Shown piece by piece: positions 41,382 to 50,951 of a DNA stretch of 64,000 bases; position 1 is the stretch's first letter, and the number at the start of each line of letters is the position of its first letter. Position numbers and translations under genes: made by a program. The notes beneath the pieces were generated by a model. The model ran no database searches. It saw nothing but the letters and a program-made list of their open reading frames with translations, and was not told the origin of the DNA. Source of the DNA: Candidatus Parcubacteria bacterium (GTDB lineage Bacteria > Patescibacteriota > Patescibacteriia > PEXW01); NCBI GenBank assembly GCA_003597955.1, contig QZJU01000006.1, positions 34,500-98,499 on the forward strand, read 5' to 3'.

Positions 41382-42272
41382 ATGAATCGTAGCGTCAGAG
41401 TGTTTTTGGCCTGTTTTTGCGGGGCCTTTATTGGCGCCTTGATTGCCCTCAAGGTTAACCTTGATTTCTGGTGGCTGGGTCTGCTAGTTGGCGGTTTAAC
41501 CGGGTATATGACCTATGACTTTAAGCAAGTCATGGTAATGGTGCCTAAAGCATTCAAGTTATTCAAGCAAGTCTTACTCCGGGATTGCGCTGAAGAACTT
41601 GATCTCATTCGAGCCTACCTCAAACCATCGCACGCTTTCAGTCATATTGCTCTAGTATTATTAGGCATTATCTTTGCGCTTTTACTGAGCGCCGGTGAAA
41701 TGCGAATAGACGCTGATGCAGACGGGAAATTTTTTAAGCTTCTTGGCTTAGCAGTCGGTTTCCTTTCGGTAACACCCATCTTTTTTATGTTTTTCTATTT
41801 CCTCATAGCTGGTTTGGCATTCCTGGGCGCCCGGTATATGGAAAAAGTTTACTGGTACCCATACTCTGAAACTAAAATAAGAGCCAGAAGCATTGCAATC
41901 GATTTGGACAAGGCGGGTTTGCAGATGGCCGACATTAATTATCGTAATGCTTTTCGGTGGGTGGTCAAAGGTAGCGTGTATGCGGTTTGGTTTTCTTTCA
42001 AGTTCATTTTCTGGCTCGGCTGGAAATTTTTATTTCTGGGCATTTACTACACCGCCAAAGCGATTTTTGTCGGAACCCGGTATTTGTTTAAAACCATTCA
42101 TTCCGACATGCGGCTGCTTTGCGGAATTGACGCGGCTCTGGGCGCGTTAATTGGTTTTTATTTTGAAAATCCGGTTCTCGGCGCTGTTATTGGGGGCCTG
42201 ATCGGAGTGCTAAATTATGAACTCATTTCTAAGCGGCTTTTGCGTCTGGTCACGGCGACCAAAGCCAGCTGA
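41382..42272 (+). CDS. Hypothetical multi-pass membrane protein
   Basis: GGAGG SD before ATG 41382; own promoter and terminator. Confidence 0.75.
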   Translation: MNRSVRVFLACFCGAFIGALIALKVNLDFWWLGLLVGGLTGYMTYDFKQVMVMVPKAFKLFKQVLLRDCAEELDLIRAYLKPSHAFSHIALVLLGIIFALLLSAGEMRIDADADGKFFKLLGLAVGFLSVTPIFFMFFYFLIAGLAFLGARYMEKVYWYPYSETKIRARSIAIDLDKAGLQMADINYRNAFRWVVKGSVYAVWFSFKFIFWLGWKFLFLGIYYTAKAIFVGTRYLFKTIHSDMRLLCGIDAALGALIGFYFENPVLGAVIGGLIGVLNYELISKRLLRLVTATKAS

Positions 42273-42512
42273 AAATCTGGGTACCCCTTAAAAAATCGTT
42301 CAAACCTAAAACCTCGATTGGAATAATCGAGGTTTTTTATTGCCAGCTTTGACAAGCTTTTTTAAGCCTGCTATTTTTTCCCTATCGCTCGCCAGCGCTT
42401 CCTAATACCAAAAAAGAGGCTTTGGTACGCGGCAAGCCACACCGGTCCTTGTTTAGTCGCAGGATTGTCGGTTCCTGGCCAGAAACTTTCACCATTAACG
42501 AAAAAGACTGCT

Positions 42513-42863
42513 ATGGCAGAAACTTATCAAGACGCGGAATTCGTCGAGTATGTCGTCAAGTCGATCGTCGACAACCCGCAAGATGTTAAGGTCGAACGCA
42601 CAGTGGATGAGATGGGTGTGCTGATCACCTTGCATGTCAATCCTTCAGACTTGGGCCAAGTGATTGGCCGGCAAGGCCAGACGGCCAAAAGCATCCGCAC
42701 GTTGTTAAGGGTCGTGGGCGCCAAGAATCACGCCAGAGTGAACATGAAAATCTTTGAACCCGAAGGTTATAGAAAGTTCCAAGGCGAGAAAGGCGGCCGC
42801 CGAGGCGAAAGCCAGGCTCCAGCGAATGAAGATGCCAATCTGGCGGATGATCTTAAACTCTAA
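42513..42863 (+). CDS. khpA: KH-domain RNA-binding protein KhpA
   Basis: DLGQVIGRQGQTAKSIRTLL; position between rpsP and trmD. Confidence 0.93.
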   Translation: MAETYQDAEFVEYVVKSIVDNPQDVKVERTVDEMGVLITLHVNPSDLGQVIGRQGQTAKSIRTLLRVVGAKNHARVNMKIFEPEGYRKFQGEKGGRRGESQAPANEDANLADDLKL

Positions 42864-42982
42864 TTGTTAAATCAATAAAAGAGAGCTCGAAAAGAGCTCT
42901 CTTTTATTTGTTTTTTTTGAAAATGCGGCTATAATGAAAGCAAATAGCCCTGTTTGAAATCCCCAAGAATCGTGAGGTGAAT

Positions 42983-43036
42983 ATGCAAGACGGCAGAATA
43001 GCTCTTGATAGGTACTATGGTGACGATTCTACCTAG
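42983..43036 (+). CDS. 17-aa micropeptide MQDGRIALDRYYGDDST
   Basis: TATAAT upstream, GAGGTGA SD, terminator directly after. Confidence 0.4.
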   Translation: MQDGRIALDRYYGDDST

Positions 43037-43159
43037 GCAGTTTCGGTGGTCAGTTCTGACCACCGATTTTATTTAAGCTGATTATTCTCTTTACAGATGT
43101 TTTTAAAAAGGCTAACATACACCCCAATTGTTCCCAATAATTCTTCTTAAGAGGCAAAG

Positions 43160-43294
43160 ATGCAACTAGACTGAATTATTTCAAAAATCGCTCCCAGCGA
43201 TGAATTCCTGGCTATTCTGGTATTATTTATGTTTGCATGTTTGATCTGGGGTCTTCATTCATTTCTCGTTAGCGATTCTCGCCAGGAGTTTTAG
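43160..43294 (+). pseudogene. Small single-TM ORF with in-frame TGA at codon 5
   Basis: MQLD*IISKIAPSDEFLAILVLFMFACLIWGLHSFLVSDSRQEF; AAGAGG SD and terminator. Confidence 0.45.
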
Positions 43295-43372
43295 TGCTTT
43301 TTTTACTAATTTTAGGTGGTCAAATCTTGGCCACCTATTTTTATTTAGCTTAGCTTCATATACAATACATTC

Positions 43373-44014
43373 ATGCAATTCGACATTATTACAATTTTTC
43401 CTAAGGCTTTTGGCTATTTGGAGCAGAGCATTCTTGGCCGGGCGCTTAAGTCAGGTAAAATCAAAGTCAAGATTCATGATCTGCGGAAATGGACAACCGA
43501 TAAACATCGAACTGTTGATGATCGGCCTTATGGCGGTGGTCCAGGCATGGTTATGAAGGTTGAGCCGCTGCACAAAGCCATAAAAGCGATCAAGAAATCC
43601 AAAAAAGTCAAAGTGGTTTTATTTTCGGCTAAAGGCGAAAAGTTCACCCAGACTAAGGCTAGGCAATTGCAAAAATACCATCAGATAATTTTAATCGCTG
43701 GCCGCTATGAAGGTGTGGACGAGAGAATTTTAAAATGGGTGGATGTAGAACTCTCCATTGGCGATTATGTTTTAACCGGCGGCGAACTGCCGGCGATGGT
43801 CGTTATCGACGCCGTCGGCCGTTTGCAGTCCGGAGTTTTAGGCAAACGCGAATCCGCTTTGGAAGAGTCACACCGTCGGCCAGGCTGGTTGGAATATCCG
43901 CATTACACTCGACCCGAAGTTTTTAAAGGCCGACGCGTGCCCGTTGCTTTACTCTCGGGCGATCACCGGAAAATAAAAATTTGGAGGCAACATCACGCGC
44001 GCCAAAGAATATGA
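43373..44014 (+). CDS. trmD: tRNA (m1G37) methyltransferase
   Basis: VDDRPYGGGPGMV, GRYEGVDER, SIGDYVLTGGE. Confidence 0.98.
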   Translation: MQFDIITIFPKAFGYLEQSILGRALKSGKIKVKIHDLRKWTTDKHRTVDDRPYGGGPGMVMKVEPLHKAIKAIKKSKKVKVVLFSAKGEKFTQTKARQLQKYHQIILIAGRYEGVDERILKWVDVELSIGDYVLTGGELPAMVVIDAVGRLQSGVLGKRESALEESHRRPGWLEYPHYTRPEVFKGRRVPVALLSGDHRKIKIWRQHHARQRI

Positions 44015-45294
44015 AGCCAGATGTTTCGGTTCTAAAGAATGTCGGCTTTCGCCGGCTCTGGCTTAGTCAGCTGACCTCCACTCTCGCCACCAATCTTTTG
44101 ACCTTTGGCTATGTTTTGGCTTTGTACGAGATCTCCGGTTCCAATGCCTATGTCGCGCTCTTAGTCGGTTTCCAAAGCATTCCGCCAATTATTTTCTCCT
44201 CAGTGGCTGGTGTGATTGCAGACAGTTACGGCCGTCGGCGAATTTTGGTTTGGGTCAATTTGGGCCGGGTCCTGGTGGCATTACTTAGCATATTTACGAC
44301 CCAAAGTGCTTTTATCATTCTAGTCGCGGCTTTTTTTCTGCAAATTATCACCCAGTTTTTCGTGCCTGCCGCCGCCGCCGCCATCCCCCAGGTGGTCAAA
44401 CCGGAAAAATTATTTGCGGCGAACTCTTTTTTTACGCTGACCATGTACGCCATGTTCTTGGTTGGCTACGGTGCGGCCGGGCCTTTGATTGATTTAATTG
44501 GCACGCCCTTAACTTTTGCCCTGGCAATGCTTTTGTATTTAATCGCCACCTCGGCCTCAATGCTTTTGCCAAAACTTGATGAACACCTAAAAATGCTCTC
44601 GCATAAAACCATTAATTTTTTCCATCAGCTTGGCCTGGTCTGGCATCGGTTCGTGGAGGGCTTGCGTTATGTCCGCCGTGACTTTATTATTTTTTTCATC
44701 TTGCTCCAGGTTTCGGTCTTGATCGCCGTGGAAAAAGCTTTTGCTTCTTTGATGCCGGCTTTTGCTTTGGATTTTTTGGGTTTTTCCAAAAGCGCCATCT
44801 CCTTTACTTTTATTCTGCCTACCGCCCTGGGCACCTTGATCGGCGTAATTCTTGCCAATCGGCTGAAGACCAAAATTTCAAAATTTAGGCTCATTTCCAC
44901 CGGTTTGGTTTTGGATGCCTTAGCTCTGCTTTTTGCGGTTTTAATCTACCCCATCGCCAATAGTTTGCTTTGGTTGCTTCCTAGTTTATCACCGGAAGTT
45001 TTCCGTACGGCGATTGTGATTTGTTTGGCAATGCTGTCGGGCTTTGCCGATCCTTTCATAATCGTTTCCGCGCAAACAATTTTGCAGGAACGGGTGCCGA
45101 ATCAAGAGCAGGGCCGGGTTTTTGGTTTGCAGAATACCGTGCAAAATATGTTCGCGTTCTTGCCTGTTTTCATAATCGGCGCCTTGGACGGCATCTTGGC
45201 CGTACCAGTGATAATCAGTGTTTTAGGCGCTTTAATCGCGGTCTTGGCATTTTTGGGCATATATTTTTTCAAGACGAAGAACTCGGCGGGTTAA
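44011..45294 (+). CDS. MFS transporter
   Basis: ~12 TMs, GVIADSYGRR motif A. Confidence 0.9.
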   Translation: MKPDVSVLKNVGFRRLWLSQLTSTLATNLLTFGYVLALYEISGSNAYVALLVGFQSIPPIIFSSVAGVIADSYGRRRILVWVNLGRVLVALLSIFTTQSAFIILVAAFFLQIITQFFVPAAAAAIPQVVKPEKLFAANSFFTLTMYAMFLVGYGAAGPLIDLIGTPLTFALAMLLYLIATSASMLLPKLDEHLKMLSHKTINFFHQLGLVWHRFVEGLRYVRRDFIIFFILLQVSVLIAVEKAFASLMPAFALDFLGFSKSAISFTFILPTALGTLIGVILANRLKTKISKFRLISTGLVLDALALLFAVLIYPIANSLLWLLPSLSPEVFRTAIVICLAMLSGFADPFIIVSAQTILQERVPNQEQGRVFGLQNTVQNMFAFLPVFIIGALDGILAVPVIISVLGALIAVLAFLGIYFFKTKNSAG

Positions 45295-45306
45295 AGCATT
45301 CCTGAC

Positions 45307-45335
45307 TTGACAAGCTGACGATTCCTGGTTATGCT
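45307..45335 (+). promoter_or_regulatory. Putative sigma70 promoter of the 16S/tRNA transcript
   Basis: TTGACA-N17-TATGCT. Confidence 0.6.
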
Positions 45336-45981
45336 GGTTAGGTCGATAATTTATGGTTTCGAACTGTAAATTCGACTGAATAAACCTTATCTTTATGTAA
45401 AAACTTTAGAAACTGACAATTCAGGTTTTTAAAGAGGAAAAACAGTGATGCCTATTTCGGGCCTCCCTGTTTTTTCTTCCCCTTCGCTCCACACAGTGGA
45501 GCTTCGGGGGACAAGCCCCTCGCTCCCTAGTACTATCAGGTACCATCAGAGATTTCGGGGGAAAGCCCTCCGTAGCCTTGGCGTAGGAGGGATGATTGTC
45601 AGGAGTGGAACTTGATCGTTGACAACTAAAGAGTGGTAAGATGAACCAAATTCCAAAAGCAATTTTGGATTTGGAGAAATAGAACGTCAATTTTCAATAA
45701 ATCTTTTTCTTGGATCTTTTTGATTCAAGGCAGTTTTTCTAAAAGTTTTCTGCAATAAACTTTTTTGAGAGTCAGATCCCGCCTTATGGGCGGGGTTAAA
45801 AACTTTCTTTTTTGAGAGTTTGCCGTGTACCAGTCGCTTCTCGCCTTTGGCGAGGCTCCGGTGCACGGCAACCCTGTACCCGAATCCCGCTCTGCGGGGT
45901 AAGTGGTACAGGGTGATCCTACCCAGCTTTTTCTTCATTGATAAAGTTGGTTTAAAGATTTAATTCTTAAAAATTTTATTT

Positions 45982-46021
<40 letters not shown>

Positions 46022-46334
46022 TTTTAGGCATGCAAGTCGAACGAACCTTCGCCCTTCACTGCGTGAAGAGCTTCGGTCCGCAGGCGCGTTGCAAATAATG
46101 CAGCGAGCTTGCTCACCGCCCGTCCTCCGCAGTAGCAGTACTACTGCTATGGAGGATGGATAGCCCATTGCGTAGCGATGGGCGGAGGTGAGTGGCAAAC
46201 GGGTGCGTAACACATTGGTAACCTGCCTCAGTCACGGGGATAACTCCGCGAAAGCGGAGCTAATACCCGATGGTCTTCTCTGTCTTATGACAGAGCAGTA
46301 AAGATGCAAGTCGGATTGAGAGGGGCCTATGGTC

Positions 46335-46370
<36 letters not shown>

Positions 46371-46967
46371 GAAGACGGATAGCGGGCGTGAGAGCGCGAC
46401 CCGCCTCAGTGGAACTGAGACACTGTCCACACTCCTACGGGAGGCTGCAGTCAAGAATATTCCTCAATGGGCGAAAGCCTGAAGGAGCGACGCCGCGTGC
46501 AGGAAGAAACCCCTCGGGGCGTAAACTGCTTTTCTCTGGGAATAACTTATGAAGGTACCAGAGGAATAAGGGGCTGCTAACTTCGTGCCAGCAGCAGCGG
46601 TAATACGAAGGCCTCAAGCGTTATCCGGATTTATTGGGCGTAAAGAGTTCAACGGCGGTTTGGAAAGTTCCTGGTCAAATTGCACTGCTCAACCGTGCAA
46701 CTGCTAGGAAAACTACCAGACTTGAGCCTGGGAGAGGCAAACGGAATTGTCGGTGTAGTAGTAAAATGCGCTAATATCGACAAGAACACCAATAGCGAAA
46801 GCAGTTTGCTGGAACAGTGCTGACGCTTTACGAACGAAAGCGTGGGGAGCGATACGGATTAGATACCCGTGTAGTCCACGCCGTAAACGATGGGTACTAG
46901 GCATTGCGGGATTCGACCCCTGCAGTGTCGGTTAATCAAGCTAACGCATTAAGTACCCCGCCTGGGC

Positions 46968-47006
<39 letters not shown>

Positions 47007-47007
47007 A

Positions 47008-47045
<38 letters not shown>

Positions 47046-47122
47046 ATAAACGAGGAACCTTACCAGGTCTTGACATCCCGGGAAGTCCGCCGAAAGGTGG
47101 ATGTGCCGCAAGGAACCCGGTG

Positions 47123-47161
<39 letters not shown>

Positions 47162-47466
47162 CGTTGGGTTAAGTCCCCTAACGAGCGCAACCCTCGTGTT
47201 ATGTTAAAGTATTCATAACAGACTGCCGGCTTTAAGCCGGAGGAAGGCGAGGATGACGTCAAGTCAGCATGGTCCTCTGACGACCTGGGCTACACACGTG
47301 CTACAATGGGGTGCAACAATGGGCCGCGAAACCGCAAGGTGGAGCAAATCCCACCAAACCACCCCCAAGTTCAGATTGAGGGCTGCAACTCGACCTCATG
47401 AAGCTGGAATCGCTAGTAACCGCGCATCAGCTATGGTGCGGTGAATACGTTCTCGGGCTTTGTACA

Positions 47467-48309
47467 AAATAAATGCGCCTGGCAGGTATATTCGCTAAAT
47501 GGTGAAAGTCCATTTCCCGCAATCAAACGGGATAGCCGAAGGATAGGGCCGTAATTTCCGCAAGGGACGGCCTAAAGGATCCGAGGTGGCAAACAACAGC
47601 CAACAGGGCAAAATAGCAGAGTTTCGACCTATGCGTGTACTATAGGGAAGAAGCCATGAAAAATCTGCTGCCCCGGATGTTGGAAAAAGTGCATATATTG
47701 ACCCAGGGAGATCCTGCAAATAAACGACTATTTGTAAGTTTGCAGGAAGTCAGCTGAGTTCATAGTAGTTTCGTGGTATACTCACACCGAGATATGCCAA
47801 GAATCGAAGGAACGAATTCTATATTACATCCACAATACATTGTCGGTTTTGTTGATGGCGAAGGTTGTTTTTGCGTCATCATAAGCAAACACAATACTTT
47901 AAAGTCAAAAAAGGAAGTGCGTTGCATCTTTGAAATAGAAGTTCGAGAAGACGATAAGCCAATCCTAGAAGCAATTAAAAAAACTTTAGGCTGTGGTAAA
48001 ATTTATCTTCTTGATTATACTCGCTATTCAAAATGGCGTGCACACGCAAAATTTAAAGTCAGTAATTTACCAGAGATTATTAATAAAATCATTCCTTTTT
48101 TTGAAAAAAATCAATTAAAAGCTAAAAAGCGAAAGAGCTTTGAAATTTTCAAGAAGATCGCCTTAATGATTCAAAATAAGGATCATTTACACTTGAAAGG
48201 CATTGAAAAAATAGAAGCTTTACGAAATAAAATGAATAAATAGAAACTCGCTGGATGCGGAAAAGCCGCACGTCCAGTGGGGAGGAACATTATAGTCAAT
48301 GATTCCAAT
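47467..48309 (+). mobile_element. Group II-like intron at 16S position 1396 (E. coli numbering)
   Basis: Splits TGTACA^CACCGCCCG; domain V-like CGCTGGATGCGGAAAGCCGCACGTCCAGTG; ends AT. Confidence 0.85.
47794..48243 (+). CDS. Intron-encoded single-motif LAGLIDADG homing endonuclease
   Basis: YIVGFVDGEGCF motif, IIPFFEKNQL..KKRKSF. Confidence 0.93.
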   Translation: MPRIEGTNSILHPQYIVGFVDGEGCFCVIISKHNTLKSKKEVRCIFEIEVREDDKPILEAIKKTLGCGKIYLLDYTRYSKWRAHAKFKVSNLPEIINKIIPFFEKNQLKAKKRKSFEIFKKIALMIQNKDHLHLKGIEKIEALRNKMNK

Positions 48310-48911
48310 CACCGCCCGTCACGCCAAGAGAGTCGGAAATACCTGAAGCCCCCGCATTAGCGGGGATCAAGGTAGAGTCGATGATAGGGGCGAAGTCGTA
48401 ACAAGGCATCGGTAGCGGAAGCTGTCGATGGATCACCTCCTTTCTAGGGAGATACGGTGTCGTCCCGCCAAATGGTGGGACACATTATAGTCGTGCTGTC
48501 AGTTTAGATTGCCTTCGGGGCAATATAAACTGACAACTATTGCCTCGTGAAACGAGGCATTGATAAGTTCTATTTTTACTTCTCTTACCACTCTTAAGTT
48601 GTTAACATGAGCCGTCACGCATTTTATAAAGGCTGGCTATCTGCGGGATGGCGCCCCGCCTTTAGTCTTTCATTCGAAAATAACACCTTGAATTGCGGGG
48701 GCAAGGGGCTGGCCTATGACGGCCGGTCTTTTTTTGATAAATTATTATCACTTAGGTTGGGGCGATTGTATTTTCGATGAGTTCCTGCGGTGGGCGACTA
48801 GTTCCGATTCGCCAAACAGCAAATCGAGGATCCCGCCGAACGGCGGGAGTTACCCGCCCGAACGACTGAAGTCGTTCAGTCGGACGGTGAGTGTTCACCC
48901 CGTGCCAAAGG

Positions 48912-48988
48912 GGGCATGTAGCTCAGATGGTTAGAGCGCGTCACTGATAATGACGAGGTCCCTGGTTCGACTCCAGGCATGCCCACCA
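48912..48988 (+). tRNA. tRNA-Ile(GAU)
   Basis: CGTCA-CTGATAA-TGACG anticodon arm, canonical cloverleaf, CCA. Confidence 0.95.
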
Positions 48989-49180
48989 TTGCCCCTTTTG
49001 GGACGGGGCGGAGCTGATGATAATGGCCCGCCTCGCGTCAACTCGCCTCAATTAGGCGAAGCGGGCGCGAGTCGAGGCGGATTGTAGGGGTCAGAGGTTC
49101 TCCGCCGCCTAATTAATTTGGCTGGAAGGCGGATCCGCCTTTGGCGGAAAATTCTCTCAAAGCTTAATAGTAATTATTAC

Positions 49181-49287
49181 GGGTGATTAGCTCAGATGGT
49201 TAGAGCGTCACATTGACATTGTGAAGGTCGGAGGTTTCCGGCAAAGCCGGACCCGGCTCTGCCGGGCGATTCCTGAGTCGCCCACCA
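49181..49287 (+). pseudogene. tRNA-Val(GAC) variant with 30-nt T-loop insertion
   Basis: Insert 49237-49266 between GGTT and CGA; T-stem has two mismatches. Confidence 0.8.
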
Positions 49288-49311
49288 CGCGTCAATCCTT
49301 GCGTCGGGTTA

Positions 49312-49400
49312 CGTGTGCTCAAAGTCTTGAGCCCACTCCACCCTCTGCAAGGTTGCCGCTCACCCCAAATTTTCCATTCGAAAAATTTGGGGACCCCCTG
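49312..49400 (+). repeat. tRNA-downstream repeat, second copy
   Basis: Similar to 18003-18089. Confidence 0.75.
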
Positions 49401-49417
49401 TAAATAGTTCAAAGTTT

Positions 49418-49494
49418 GGGCGGTTAGCTCAGCTGGTTAGAGCGTTACATTGACATTGTAAAGGTCGGAGGTTCAAATCCTCCACCGCCCACCA
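49418..49494 (+). tRNA. tRNA-Val(GAC), intact
   Basis: TTACA-TTGACAT-TGTAA anticodon arm, CCA. Confidence 0.95.
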
Positions 49495-49501
49495 TTATTT
49501 A

Positions 49502-49601
49502 TAGCTCAGCTGGTTAGAGCGTTACATTGACATTGTAAAGGTCGGAGGTTTCCGGCAAAGCCGGACCCGGCTCTGCCGGGCAAATCCTCCACCGCCCACC
49601 A
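49502..49601 (+). pseudogene. Tandem duplicate of tRNA-Val lacking 5' acceptor strand, same 30-nt T-loop insertion
   Basis: Identical to the intact copy from nt 8 onward apart from insert 49551-49580. Confidence 0.85.
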
Positions 49602-49636
49602 GCTGTTTGATGTTTTAAAACTCAGTTCACTTTGGT

Positions 49637-49711
49637 GCCGAGTTAGCTCAGTGGTAGAGCGCAGCCCTGAAGAGGCTGGCGTCGTCAGTTCGATTCTGAC
49701 ACTCGGCACCA
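49637..49711 (+). tRNA. tRNA-Phe(GAA)
   Basis: CAGCC-CTGAAGA-GGCTG anticodon arm, CCA. Confidence 0.94.
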
Positions 49712-49722
49712 AAGTGAACAAT

Positions 49723-49882
49723 GAGTTGACGCTAGCGAAGCGTGAAAGTAGTCGCCTCTCCGGTAGCCCGCCGAGGAGGCAGGAGCGCAGCCTCCGCCTA
49801 CGCTGAAGCTTCGGCGGACAGGCTGAAGAGGCTGGCGTCGTCAGTTCCCCCGGATCTAGTCCGGGGCTGACTCCAGGCACCA
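49723..49882 (+). pseudogene. Degenerate tRNA-Phe copy with several hairpin insertions
   Basis: GAGCGCAGCC-[insert]-CTGAAGAGGCTGGCGTCGTCAGTTC-[insert]-CTGAC..GGCACCA. Confidence 0.75.
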
Positions 49883-49952
49883 GGGCGGAGGAAGTTAGCG
49901 AAGTGGGCCCAGTTGAAATCGATGACTGAAAGTTGTTTTTTTGCGCACGGGT

Positions 49953-50026
49953 CGGGGTGTAGTTCAGTTGGCTAGAACGCTCGCTTTGGGAGCGAGAGGT
50001 CCCCGGTTCAAGTCCGGGCACCCCGA
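49953..50026 (+). tRNA. tRNA-Pro(UGG), CCA not encoded
   Basis: CTCGC-TTTGGGA-GCGAG anticodon arm; ACCC at 3' end. Confidence 0.93.
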
Positions 50027-50348
50027 CCCGTGCGCAAAAGAAATAAAAACCGCGCGCTCTGCCACCCGGCTGGGAGGTCGTGAGTTCAAGTCTCACATCC
50101 CTGAACCTTGGCGAAAATACTCGGTTTGCCGCCATCAAGAAATTAAATAAAGAAGGCGGCATCCGCCCTCTGGCGGGACAAGTTTCTGCGTGCCGGCAGG
50201 TAGGCGGGCGCCCCGACCACTGGGAACTGGGAATTTGAAGTCCAAAATTGATTCGTTATTACACCAATGGTTCGAGTCTCCGGCGAAGCTTGACCCAGCC
50301 TGTCGGGTAAGTCTCGGGACCATGATCAGTAAAAGCCAAGGGGCTTTT

Positions 50349-50374
50349 TGAAATAATTTAAAAAATTAGGCGTA
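50349..50374 (+). promoter_or_regulatory. Putative ECF (SigW-like) promoter
   Basis: TGAAAT-N16-CGTA; second copy at 51695-51720. Confidence 0.65.
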
Positions 50375-50384
50375 TTAAGTATAT

Positions 50385-50951
50385 ATGAGGCCGGTGGTTT
50401 TAACCGATGAAGAAATCGTGTTACGAGTCCAAGATGGAGATATTCAGGCTTTTGGCGAATTGGTTATTCGCTATGAGGCCAGGCTTGTACGCTACGCCAA
50501 AAAATTGCTTTTTAATTTTAATGATCACGAAGATGTTGTTCAGGAGGTTTTTATTAAAGCCTATAAAAATATCCAAAGCTTTAAGGCAGGAAGCAGATTT
50601 TCCCCTTGGATTTACCGCATTGCTCACAATGAGTTTGTTAATACCTTAAAAAAACGACTCAAAGAACCTTTGCCTTTTATTGATGCCGATGCAATTTTTC
50701 CCCATACGGTAAGTCGCGAAGACCCCGGCCGTAAACAGGAGCTAAAAGAGTTGAGCGTGGCCATAGAAACTTGTTTGCAGAAAATACCGGCAAAATACCG
50801 GGAAGTTATTATTTTGTTTTATTTGCAGGAGCTGGAATACGTCGAGATCGCCGAAATTTTGCGCTTGCCAGTTTCCACCGTCGGCGTCAGACTTAAACGC
50901 GGCCGGGAGAGCTTAAAAGCTATTTGTCAGCATCTAAATCAACATTTATGA
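50385..50951 (+). CDS. ECF RNA polymerase sigma factor
   Basis: EDVVQEVFIKAY, FSPWIYRIAHN, EIAEIL.LP.STV.VRL.RGR. Confidence 0.95.
   Translation: MRPVVLTDEEIVLRVQDGDIQAFGELVIRYEARLVRYAKKLLFNFNDHEDVVQEVFIKAYKNIQSFKAGSRFSPWIYRIAHNEFVNTLKKRLKEPLPFIDADAIFPHTVSREDPGRKQELKELSVAIETCLQKIPAKYREVIILFYLQELEYVEIAEILRLPVSTVGVRLKRGRESLKAICQHLNQHL

Noticed and set aside
48716-50323. ORFs across the tRNA cluster; possible CRISPR array
   Set aside because: Repeats are tRNA copies and hairpins, with no constant repeat-spacer period and no cas genes
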